A DNA stretch of 64,000 bases, taken from contig CM082576.2 of the NCBI GenBank assembly GCA_040954595.2, positions 11,907,129 through 11,971,128 of the forward strand. Reading direction: 5' to 3'. The notes under the pieces are model-generated. The model ran no database searches and was not told where the DNA came from. It saw only the letters and a list, made by a program, of their open reading frames with translations. The position numbers and the translations under genes were made by a program. This document shows, piece after piece, positions 10,313-22,300 of the stretch (position 1 is the stretch's first letter; each line of letters begins with the position of its first letter). Source of the stretch: Balanoglossus misakiensis. Its lineage: Eukaryota > Animalia > Hemichordata.

Positions 10313-13300
10313 ATGGCGCAGTTTCTGCCCGCTTCGATCAGTGACACCCGAGACGCGGCGGTGAGGCCAGCGGAGGGTCTCCGCTTCGGCAACTTCGGTG
10401 GAGTGGTTGCTCTGCCGAGCGTTGGACCGTCCCACAAGGCCGGGCAGCACCTCAAGTCGTATTTCAACAACCTGCAGATCTATCACAAGATCTGCGAGTG
10501 GTTTGACAGCTGGATGCCATGGCAACGGCGGCTGTTGCTATGCGGGCTCACCGACAGGTGCTCCAACTATCAGCTGGAGTACCTGTCGACGGCGCTGGAG
10601 CCGGTGTTCCACAGGGACTATGTGATGGCCCTGAGGGGCAGGTACCCGTCGACGCCCCTGAAGAAAGACAGAGATAATAACACCGACAAGAAAGAAGCGC
10701 AGAAACCAACCGTGAAACCGAAGGGAAAGAGCAACGTGGTGAAAACTCAGGCGAAAAGACCGGAGACAAGAGATTCGGAAAAGGGAAGACGGCTGGATGC
10801 GTTTGTGAGTGAATACGTAGACGGGATCCTGCAGGATGCGTACTCCACCGTCAGTGTATCGCAGGACACCATTAAAAGTGATGAGGAGGTACTCCTGGAA
10901 GAAACTGGGAAGTACGCAAAGGTGCTCGTTCAGGATATAATAGCGAAGGCCAGCAGAAGCGTTGAACAGTTGAGGATGCTGGATGGTACTGGTAGTGGTG
11001 GTGGAAAGAATGAGGAGTCGAAGAAGCCGAGCCAGGGGGTGCCGGCATCGCGGGCAGGTACCAGAAACGCAACACCTGCCGGACAGGGGGTGTCTTCCAA
11101 GAGCGGAAAGGGAATCCTGGTAGTAGCCCCTATCAAGGAATCTGCCTTTTCCCCCAGACCACCGAGCGAGCCCAGGAGTAAATCTTCTCGCGTCGACGAC
11201 GCTCAAGCGAACGCCGCCCTGGGAAATCTGCCGCGGCCGAGCAGCGCCAGCAGCAGCCGCTGTCCGAGAAGTCGCGGCACCCCGCACAGCCTCAGTCGGT
11301 CGCTCAACGAACCGCTCACGCCGACCAAGATGACCAGCGACCGGGAGGAAAAGACCAGGCACTGGTCCTTCGATGCCAACAGACCCGTGGGGAAACTTTT
11401 CAGCGAGCCCAGAGCCTCTCCCCTGGACCCTCTCCACGAATACCTCTATTGCAATAATACCGATGAGATTTTGAACCCGTTTACGAATGGCAATATCCGC
11501 CACCGCTCCAGTTTGGTAGCCACTCCTTTATCGATATTCAACCATTGCCCAACTCAGCACAAACACAGGAGCACGTTCAGTTCGGCACAAAGTGTGGATT
11601 CAGCTGATTTCTTTGACAAACAGAAAATCAAGAAATTGGGTAAGTGAATGGGAATAATTTTTAAATATTTTAACATGTGAAATATGAATTAGAATAGTAT
11701 GTTGCTACTAAATATCCACCAGTTGTAGCTTTTGACTATTTTTGTAATATTTTTTCGGTCTATCAACCATGGTTTCTTGTTCTACTTCTTGAAACTGTCA
11801 ACAGGATTTAATGCCTAGTTTTTATCTTCTCAATATAGCCTATACATGTATTTGCAAATGGCATGTGGATAATATCAATAGCAGCAATTCAGGTTTGATA
11901 ACTTGACACATTTTTGCTCCCCTAGGAGTGATGCGGGGTGCACTGCGCACTGGACAGATCAAGAAGCCAATGGACATGGCAGACGTCCACTTGCCGCTTC
12001 AGAAATCGTACAAAAACGAGAAATGGTGGGGGGAGGAGCTACTGGCCGGCAAACACCTCATCAGAGCCCACAAGAACAAACTCAAGCAGCAGTTTCGAAT
12101 GCAACTCAACCAGATATGGGAGGTAAAGGTTGGCTTTGTTTGTCTGTGACCAGTTTCTTGTATTTTCTTCACCCTGGTTTGGCTCTGTTTGATACAAATT
12201 TATATTTGGATTTTACATTTTACATTTTACTACAGAAACAAAGACAGCAAGACCAAAGTCTGATATCTGATATTTGTAGGTATGGATGTGTACAGTACAG
12301 GTTGCTGTCTTTGCTTTCGATACACAAAACATTTTTTTTATCTTCTTAGTGGATGGAGGAATGGGAGGATTTTGAAAGAGGCGATTTGCTGGTGGAAATT
12401 ATCAAACTCAGCGACGATGAACTCATCAAATTTTTTGCCCAATGTCTTGTCCAAAGGTAAGGTAGTCATCTTCTGGCTGTTGAAATGAATAATTTGTCAT
12501 TCAAGCAGTGCAGACTTGCATGTTGTTGCCTGTCTGATATTTTTTGGTAGAGTTTGGTTTTCTGCAGTGTGTAGTGCTAGACAAACAAAATGGGGCAGAA
12601 ATTGGCTAAAATTGCAGCCAAAAGTTCAGCTTAAAATTCTACCCATCATGAATATAAGCTTCTAAAAACATCCCCAACACACAATCATGCCACCACAAAC
12701 AAGCAAGTCATGGACACAAACATCATTCTGAATAAAAATACAAAGCTGATTGCGTACATATACTCTGCCGATACTGGTGTGAAATGAAGCACAGTGTTGC
12801 GCTGTTACCAAGTGCCAGATTTGTTAATATTGGCAGGACAATCGCGCTTTGTCCAAAATTGATGAAGTACACAGAGGTACAGTGTTGATTCCAATCGCCC
12901 TTTACAACTCCGGGTCATACACACACATTAACCTGTTAATGACTTTTTTTCCTTTGCATGTTTTTTTACGCCCTTTATTCCTCTCATGCATGCGCTGCTA
13001 AAAAGGTTGCAAAAAATTCATGAATGGTATGTATTTTCAGCAATTGTGGAGCTTCTGCACAGATTAATCTGCTTCGGGTGCCAAGTCAAGTGTGTCACTT
13101 TTTTCTTCTTCTGATAATAACACGTCTCATCCTGAGATATCAGTCACTTTCACACTTTTCCCACCGGATAATACACTGCGCACCATATACACTGTAATCG
13201 TGGCTGTAAATTTAAGACCACTTTATTATTAAACTGCCACACTTCTGCAGACCAGTAGCAAAGGATGTGTTGTGTAAAGAGACAATGCTGTATTGTGACA

Positions 13301-16300
13301 TTCGCTGTAGGCCGTCTCCAGTGAATTGCGTCCCCCAGGTGAAGGAACATTGATCACTCCACAAAAGTGGGCAATAGCCTGGCTGTGAGCTGATTGATGT
13401 TATTCAATCTCTGGGGGGACACCCTTTTCCCACAGCGACTTGTTTGACTATCGCTCAAACTAACCATAGCACAGTGCGAGAAAGCATAAACCTTTTTTAT
13501 AGAACTTCAGGAATACTGTATGCTCTGTAACCCATCTAGATTTGTACAATGATTGTGTAATAAACACTAGAGGCTTTACAAGAGCTAGATTTGTTTCCCG
13601 TTAATAATACATTTTATTATGTGAGGTGGATCTAAGGTTGACCCATTTCCTGTTCAGTTGGAAATCCTCGTGAGACACTCTCCTCACGTTTTGTTGATTG
13701 ACCCCAACAGGTTAAGAGACCGAACCAACATCGATTGTCTGCCGGACAAAGCCATTCTTAAAGTGTTTACATTCCTTCAGCCCCACGAAATCAACATGGC
13801 GGCTCAAGTCTGTCGTAGGTGGCGCTACATAGCAGCGCAGGATGAGCTCTGGTGTGCTAAATGTGAAGAGATGGGTAAGGGGAAATAATGTAAATTTTTC
13901 AACGTCTGTAGACAAAATGTGCTTTTTTCTGTTTTTGTAATGAATTATTTGAAGCTTTCTTGGGGAATGCAGTATGAAGGATGCCATTGTGATCAGAATT
14001 GACTAGGTCACCGTTATATCAATAATGTATGATAAAAACATCATAATTCATATTCCAGATAAATTTTTTGGGAGTTGAACATTTGCTGTATGCTGACACT
14101 CAAATCTACACATCAGTAATGTTGAAATAAAATGTAAATTAAAACAAGAATCTTTACAAAATTTGGGCATGTTCCTGATGAAAAGTATCAGTTCCATCAA
14201 ATGATTCTCTAACTTCTCTTGAACTATAAGCAAGATATCTGTATTTCATGCAAGTGTACACATCAAATCCATGCGCATTGCAGGTAAAAAAGAAGGTGTC
14301 CAGGATGTAACTGGGATGGTGGAAAAGTTCAAGAAGAATTACTCCATCGATTGGAGAGTAGCCTACCAGGAACTGATCAAAGTCACCCACCATGCCAAGG
14401 ACAGCAGTAGTTACTATTCCTACAGCAGCACTGGCAGTTACGATCAGCGCGAAGGTGCGTCCATATGCCACAATTTCGTTCTTTTTATAACTGAATCACC
14501 TTGTCATTTGTACATGTAGTAACCCCGTTGACATATTCCGATTACAACAACGCAACATCTGAAAGATGGTATAGAACTGCCAGCTTGTGTGCAGAAATAT
14601 TTTGTACTCTAGCTGTCAAAATTTGCTATCATTATAATGTTAAAAGTGAATATCAAATGGTCAGTATTTCTGGATATTGGAGGGAATTTATTTGAATCAA
14701 CAACTCAGAAATCAAATATATCGAATTTATGTCCCAGTAGGTTGACCCTTTCAGGACTGATACGGTACACATGATCTGCGCAGTGTTATGTAGACAATTC
14801 AGATTTATTTTATTGAATCTGCAGCAATCAGCAGTTTTAAAGGACATTTACGGGAGTCTTTCATGAGAGTTTTATTGGCCATTGAAAAGTAGACATTTTA
14901 TCACTCCCCTCTGTGATGAAATTTAAGGACATGATAATAAATTGTGTACAAATCATTAGTAAATTGCCCATAAAGTGGCAAGTCATTCAGTGAAAGGTTT
15001 CCCCCTATGGAGACTCACTGTGTAACGTTAATCGCATGTAGTGACCACTGCATCAACAATCAAATGAACACCTTCCTTGAACTGAATGTAATATGTTTAC
15101 TCAATGAAATCAGTCCTGTTAGTGTAATATTTTTGTCAGTGTTTGGCATCAGTTATAAAAATAAGTGTCAAAATCTTTGGTGGCTCGTCAGATACCCAGA
15201 CAGCCGTAAAAATATAAGGGCCTACTTGAAACGTTTTTTATGTTGCAAAGTTAAATTACTGTTACATAGTAAATTTTGATGTGGATTGACAGAGATATCG
15301 AGTGAAGTCAGTGCCTCGTTCAAGTAAAAGTTACAGTTGGCAGATATAGTTTGATCATAATCTATGTGGTACCAGACACATTCCAAAGCCTTTTAATATT
15401 TCATATCCACTGTCTGTCTCAATATCTATTTGTGAAACAAACATCACCAGCCAAAATAATAATGTAATCAATCTGAAAAGTGCAACAGAAAATAAATGGT
15501 GTATTTATTGTAACTGTAGGGTCACAAACAGAAAGGCGACGAAAGCCCAAGAAACTGCTGGGCTTCAGGTTGGAGGATCTGCAACTGAAACCAGTTTCAA
15601 CAGCGACACTACTGACGGATGGTACGGCTCTCATATTCTCATAAATTTATTTCTAAATTGTGGGGTTTTTTTTATTTGGCCGATAAGGTTGCCAAGGTAC
15701 TTGGTTTTAAGCTGCTGATGTGTGCGGAATTTTTTAATTTTCAGTTACGAAGCATGTGGACTGAAACTTTTGCTGCATGGCTGCTTGACATAGCATGTTG
15801 CTCATTAAATATTTTAATTCACTGTTTTATATATTAAGTTTAATTTTTTATCCAGATAACATTATTATTTGGTTCACTGTTTAACGTTACAAAATGCTAA
15901 ATTTTCATCATTTATCTTGCATGCCAGTTCAACCCGCAACTCACCCCATTTAACAGATAAACGAGTTACCAGGTTAAAAAATAACACTTCTAATACCCTT
16001 GTTGATGCCATTAATGTTCCTGTTGAGCCCAACCCGAAAGGCGTTGGATGAACTTTGCCAAATTTTCAAAGCACTTCCACCCAACACACCTGATCTATAT
16101 TTTTGCAAAGCAGAGTCATCCGAAAGCACCTATAGCAACGATGAGACAGCAATGAGTCAGGCGAGCCAAGTTGGTTAGTATATATACCCAGAGTGTGTCA
16201 CACACCCACCCACACATGGTGACGGTCACCCAGAGATCACTGTTAATTAATTAATGTCACTCATCATCACCTCACCGAAATCACCCCCACCGATATTCTC

Positions 16301-19300
16301 ATCTCACCACCATCACTCCATATGCACCGATTTTGAGATTCACCCAACCACATCTGCATTCACGCAAGTTCTGACAAGAACCCCACCCTGCACACAAAGT
16401 TACATTACTTATGGTAGTAGACAGTTAAAATTACAGTTGCATGTTATCGAATTAATCAACCAGTTATTAAACATGATCACGTAACAATTCCTCATCTGAC
16501 AGTCATATCACTTTAATGTAGCTAATCAAAAAACATCATATCAACAATTAGAGTGTGTATACCATTTTTGAACAAAGTTGACTATTGATGGAGTACCGTA
16601 TTTCCTGTCAAAGAGGGAAATATTTCAGTGGAAATGATAACTGAGGTTGCAGTCTGCCATGATTTAAGGCAGCATATCCCTTATTAGGAAGTTTTTGAAG
16701 AAAAAAAAACACAGGCTTTTATCAGAGAAAAACTGTCTTAGGACAGTCACTAAGTATTACTCTGTCAGAATCGTTAATGCATGGTTACTGAAGCAAGCAT
16801 GCGCGTCACTGTGGCATGACAGTTTATGTGTTGAGTGAGCACTGTTTGATCTCCACGTTGTTTTCTGTTCTCGTTCAATCTTCACTACCGGTACACTTTG
16901 GAAGTGTCCTTAGGTTAGTAGTAAGCACTGCGACTTAATTAAGCAGTGATCACCTGCGTACTAACATGTTTTCACAGGAAGAGAAGAGCGATCAACTCGA
17001 TTTCAGAGTGTGTGAGTGTCCCCTTGCAAACATGTATGATCGTGAAAAAATACAGAAGTTACACTTTTCCTTTGAATGAATACTTCTTCAGGAAATATAT
17101 TTTTGGTTACAGCGTGTTCTGATTTGGAAAAAATATGGATGATACTTTGTCGTACAATTGTCACAGAGTCACCATGGGATAATTCTCAGGCGACTGTGAA
17201 ATGTCTTTTATAGAATTTGTTCTGTGGTTTGTCTTCTCTTGGTGCCACGCCGGGAGAAATAGTTTATTTTCTTGACATGGGCAGTTCAAACATGATTCGT
17301 TGCACTTTTATTTCACAGTTGATGTGCCCTTGCACCACATCGATTACTTGACTGGAGCAGAAAGTCGGGACGCCGTCAAACCGTCAAGTATGACTGAAGT
17401 CGAGCAGTTACCCCGGCAACCATCGCAGCCGCTGCCCGCGCAGCCGCAAGCCGCGGACAAAGACTCCTCGGATTCAGAAGAAGAACTGTTCATCGACGAA
17501 GACAACAGGTACTTTGGGAATATAAACTGAGCCTGAATCAGGAAGCAGCCGTTGAAATGACCTAAACTTGTGAGGTGATAACAGCCATTATAGCCTTAAG
17601 GGACGTCCAGACCCCCTAGCCTATTCACAACTTCAGGTCTTTTCTGCCACTGCAAGAACTCTCATAAAAAACATGGCAATGTCTATATTCTGATGACAAG
17701 GGTATTTGCATTTTTTCCTCTTTGTGTGTTGTTGCATGTGATGTAAATTGTTTGATGAAATTCTACTCTTTATTTTTCTCCTCACAGAGAAGCAATAGTG
17801 CTAGTTCGACATACTGTTCCCTTGCCAACTCCTCCGAGTTCAGGATGGTATTCGATTAAGCTGTGAGAGCAACACGTCTTTGTGAAAATTTTGCGATTAA
17901 ATTCCCCCACCCACCCCTCACGTGATCTTTTTGTGAACAGCAAGACAATCCCCACCCCCGATACATTTACACACCATCCATTTGACAGCTTCTTTGGCAA
18001 CTAACCTCTGACAACTGATTTTTGACGCAAACAAAATGTGTGAACTGCCATTTTCTTCCATGTGTAGGTTGCTGTTAGCGTGTTGCCCTAATACTCTACA
18101 CAGTGCGCAATGGCAGACTAGAAACGGGGGAAATGTGCAGCGCCTTGAAAGGCCTGTCCTTATTGGTCACAGGATTCACGCACTTGTGTTGAGACCTGTG
18201 TGAATCGACAAAGGAAATGACCAATCAGGAACGACCTTACAAGACCGCTGCACATAGCCCTCCGAAAAAACAGTGGAGACAGCGCAGGCTTGGGCACAGT
18301 ACTGACTGAACTAATCCTGCTCACGGTCATTCAGCATGATCGTGGGGAAAAGCGTTCTATTTTTACAAAACCTGCATTGAGATCTAAGTGATGCACTAAA
18401 ATAAAGGGAAAGCTGCAGTTTGTGACAAGGTTGCAATTCAGATGGACATAGATCAATCACCATGGTGATTGTTGACCCACAATCAGATGAAAAAGAAGGT
18501 TGTAATGAAAAAATAATGTGCTAGGAAGAACTATAGGTGTCTTTGCTCGAATTGACAGTCAAAGCTTGAAAATATAGCTGTCAATGCCAACTTAAGAACA
18601 GGCTCCTGCTCTTTGACAAGATCATTCGTTTGCATGGCTGTTGAAATCTGAACCGCAAATTGCAATCAAATAGACAGTGAAATATGTACTATGCATATAT
18701 TTACATAAAAACTGAGTACCTGAAGGAAGAAAAATTAAAAAAGAATAAAAAAATTCTCTACAGGAGAGATTCAGATTGTCTGGCATAAATCACTTTCAGG
18801 CACAGGGCATCGAATGCTAAAAAAGAGATAGGAAAGTGTATATTGTGTTGGGAAAACTGCCCACTGATAAATCCAACTTCTCGTCTTTTCAGCCCATTCC
18901 CGCATCCACCACAAAGCCAAGGCAGCAGACGAACTCTGTACAGTCGCAAGACGGCCAAGTACTCGGACAAACGGACGTCCACCAGAGACAAGAAATCCCG
19001 ACCGACCACCGAGGACAAGGAAGGAGGAGGATTGGGCGAGGCGGCGGAACAGGTGGAAGAGTTGACTGCACCAGGAGAGGGCGGAGCGCCACCAACAGCC
19101 GAGACCAGGAAAGGTCGCAGGAAGAAACGGAAGGCGGCGGAGGAAGAAGACACAGCTCTGGACATTCGACCGGAGCTGCAGCAAGCCACTGATATCCTGG
19201 TGTGTAGTGTTGTAAGAAATTGTTCAGTTTGCAGATGTGTCCGTTTTGTAGTCAGAGGTTCTTTTAACATGTGGTTCTGTGTCAAAGGGACAGGAAAATG

Positions 19301-22300
19301 TGTTCGGTATAGTTTCCAGTTTAAGACAGGTTTTACTGTACTTAATACCTCTGACTTTCCCAGAAAATTGGTAGCATGACTTTACAGTACACTTATTTCA
19401 CCCTTGATTTCAAAACTTTTTGTAATTACATATGCAAAGTGCATACACAACTAGGAATATGGAATTGGGCACAGTTCTATACAGCAAAAACAATTTTCAG
19501 CAAAACAACCAATACAATGCAATAAAAGGCAGAAGGTATTTGCGTGCTGGTGTTCTTCCTCACTCATGTTTTGTGTGCCTTCCAGGGAAAGGCCATTTCC
19601 GATCATCGGCTGGAGTGGAGGAAAGACGACGGCAAAACTGTCAAACACACCAAGTTTGCCGGCATGGTCAAAGGCGTGAAGAGAGTGCGCAAACTGCAAG
19701 GTCACATGGACTGTGTGCACTGCATCGCGTTCGACAGTCGGCGTATCGTCAGCGGATCGCTGGACAGAACGATCAGAGTGTGGGATATCAGAAGTGGCAG
19801 AAGTGTACGCAAGATGTACGGCCACAAGGTGGGTTGCCGTGTGTGGTAATGCATCATTGGTGATATCTCTGGCATGATAGAGTATGACTGTCATCTTGTC
19901 TGTGTGTGTGTGTAATAAAATGTACATATTCCTTCATCTCTGCATGAAGTTCTTTGTACTTTCCTATTATCAGTGAAGTTGAACAATGTGATGTCATTGG
20001 TTAAAAATGAATACTGCACTCCATTTGTACACTAACGACTCCCAACTCGTGTGTCAGGTGCCGGTCAAGATACCCCAGTCAGACTCAGCCAATGTACTAC
20101 ATATACTAGAATGTATGCCAAAAGTTTACAATAAAAGTACTGGTTACTTTAGTTACAAGAAATTCAATCTGAATCTTAAGCTTTGCTTGGTGTTAATATG
20201 ACATAAATTGACCAATATTTTTTACTTATCAAAATGCATGATTCATACACCATACAGTTGCGCCAACTTTACAGCTTTTGTGTCTTGCATTCTACCACAG
20301 GGTGGCGTCCGATGCATCCAGTTCGACAGCGAACGCATCGTGTCCGGTTCCTGGGACATGACCCTCATGGTGTGGGACATTGTCAAGTTCAACAGGCTCG
20401 CCATACTGACTGGCCACAAAGGCTCCATATCGGCTCTGAAATTTAACAGCAAGCACCTGTAAGCATAAACTGTTGCACCAACACTTTTCATGTCATTTGT
20501 TTCCATAAAATTGTGTTGTCACAGATGAATCCTGTAGTATTGTCTCTGTCGTCACGATTTTGCTGAAACACTTCCCTCTCTATTTTCATCCACAGTGTGT
20601 CGGCATCTCATGATAAAACCGTCCGCGTCTGGTGTCTGGATGACTACTCTTGCATGAATGTCCTGACGGGACACACAGACGCTGTCACGTGCGTTTCCTT
20701 CGACGGAACACTGGCCGTGTCTGGATCCACTGACAAGTAAGTTGCTTGTACGTTTTGAAAATAACAAGGGACATTTACCCAAATATGATGTTCCCACACG
20801 CTGCTGTGTACTTTTAAATTTGCCATCTTCAACAAAATTGTTGTACATCCTTAAGGTTTATGATTCGTATGGATGCATCATATACAGGTACGTCAGGTTC
20901 AAAAGTTAATCTTGGCTTTATTTCGTGCTTTTTGCAGGACACTTAGAGTAACCAATGTCTTCAGCGGTGAGTGCTTGATCACAATGACTGGCCACACGGA
21001 ACCCATCACAGCTGTAGAGGTAAGAGACACAGTCACAGATCTAAAGTCTGCTCTACACTCCACACTTTTACCACTGAGTGCTAGCTGCATGATAAAGAAA
21101 AAAATACATATATGCACATTTGTAAGCATCACATAAATGTAACATATGATCTCTTGCACCAGTGAACAAGCATTGAAATCCATGCATAGCCATGGCAACC
21201 AGGTTGTCTGTCATTCCCTTGGAACCACCATTTCTATCTCATCATCTAACAGGTTCAGAGGGATTTAGTGATTAGTGGCACCTTGTCTGGGGTGGTGCAT
21301 TTCTGGAATAGAGAGACCGGCGAGGTAGAGGCAGGCGTGAAAATGCACGAGACGAGCGTCAACAAAATAGTATTCCTTCCGGTCGGTCCGTCGGGTACAC
21401 GATACATGACCGCTGCCAAGTAAGTGCTGTTTTTTTTTACTTTTGAGTATTTCTTCCAATATCTGTGTATGTAGATTCGGCGGTACAGTAAAACCTGTCT
21501 AAACTGAAAACCAGAAGAAACTGTTCAGTTTGTTGAGGTGTCTGGTTTATAGAGGTTCTTTTGACATGTGAAGAAATGCAAATGAGGTCTCAAGACCACA
21601 CGACCAAGATAGCGAGGTGTTAATACATGTGTATTTTATTTGCTCATATCACGCTCTATCCCAAGGGATCCCGCTCCATTTCATGACTGTATGATAGAGG
21701 CACTGTGCATGACGCAATGGGATTTTGTTCATATGAAGTCATCATTACTAAAACATGCAAATTAGCTGAAAAATGTAAAAAAAAAATTGTCATAAATCAT
21801 ATGAAACAAATACAGGAATTTTGGAAATCTCAGAGATATTATAGTTTTAAATAGCTTCAAGCATTCCCAGGCCCTGTATACATATCACTTTACAAACACC
21901 TTTATTTGCTCTGTCAACATCATTTTGCAATTATCAATCATGGCGGGCAACATCAACCTGATGAAGCTGACCGGTTCATAGCTGTTGCTCATAACTCCTC
22001 ATTCCTGCCACTGTCGGATCCCGTGCCAACTGTGCCCGTCAATCGGTGTCAACAATTGCCAGGTTTTCCCCCGTCTTGACCCGTACGATAGCCGAACATG
22101 TGTTCATAATTGATGCGGCACAAACAGGATGTGTGGCCACCCCTTGGGACCCAACGCTTATTGAAAAGTAATGTTTCTGTGGCAGAGTCGATCGCTGTTT
22201 TCTGGTCGCTGTTAATTACAAAGTGATTAAAACATATCAGTCATTTTGTGGTGGGGTCAGAGGTCAACAGCCAGATATTACAGTCCTCCCGAGGTTTGAT

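Noticed and set aside
10538-11503. 321-aa antisense ORF over FBXW exon 1
   Set aside because: Shadow ORF of a GC-rich coding exon with no recognisable domain; the sense frame explains it.
14741-15000. Possible second degraded piggyBac-type MITE (CCCTTTCA...TGAAAGG)
   Set aside because: No TTAA duplications and the TIR match is too short.
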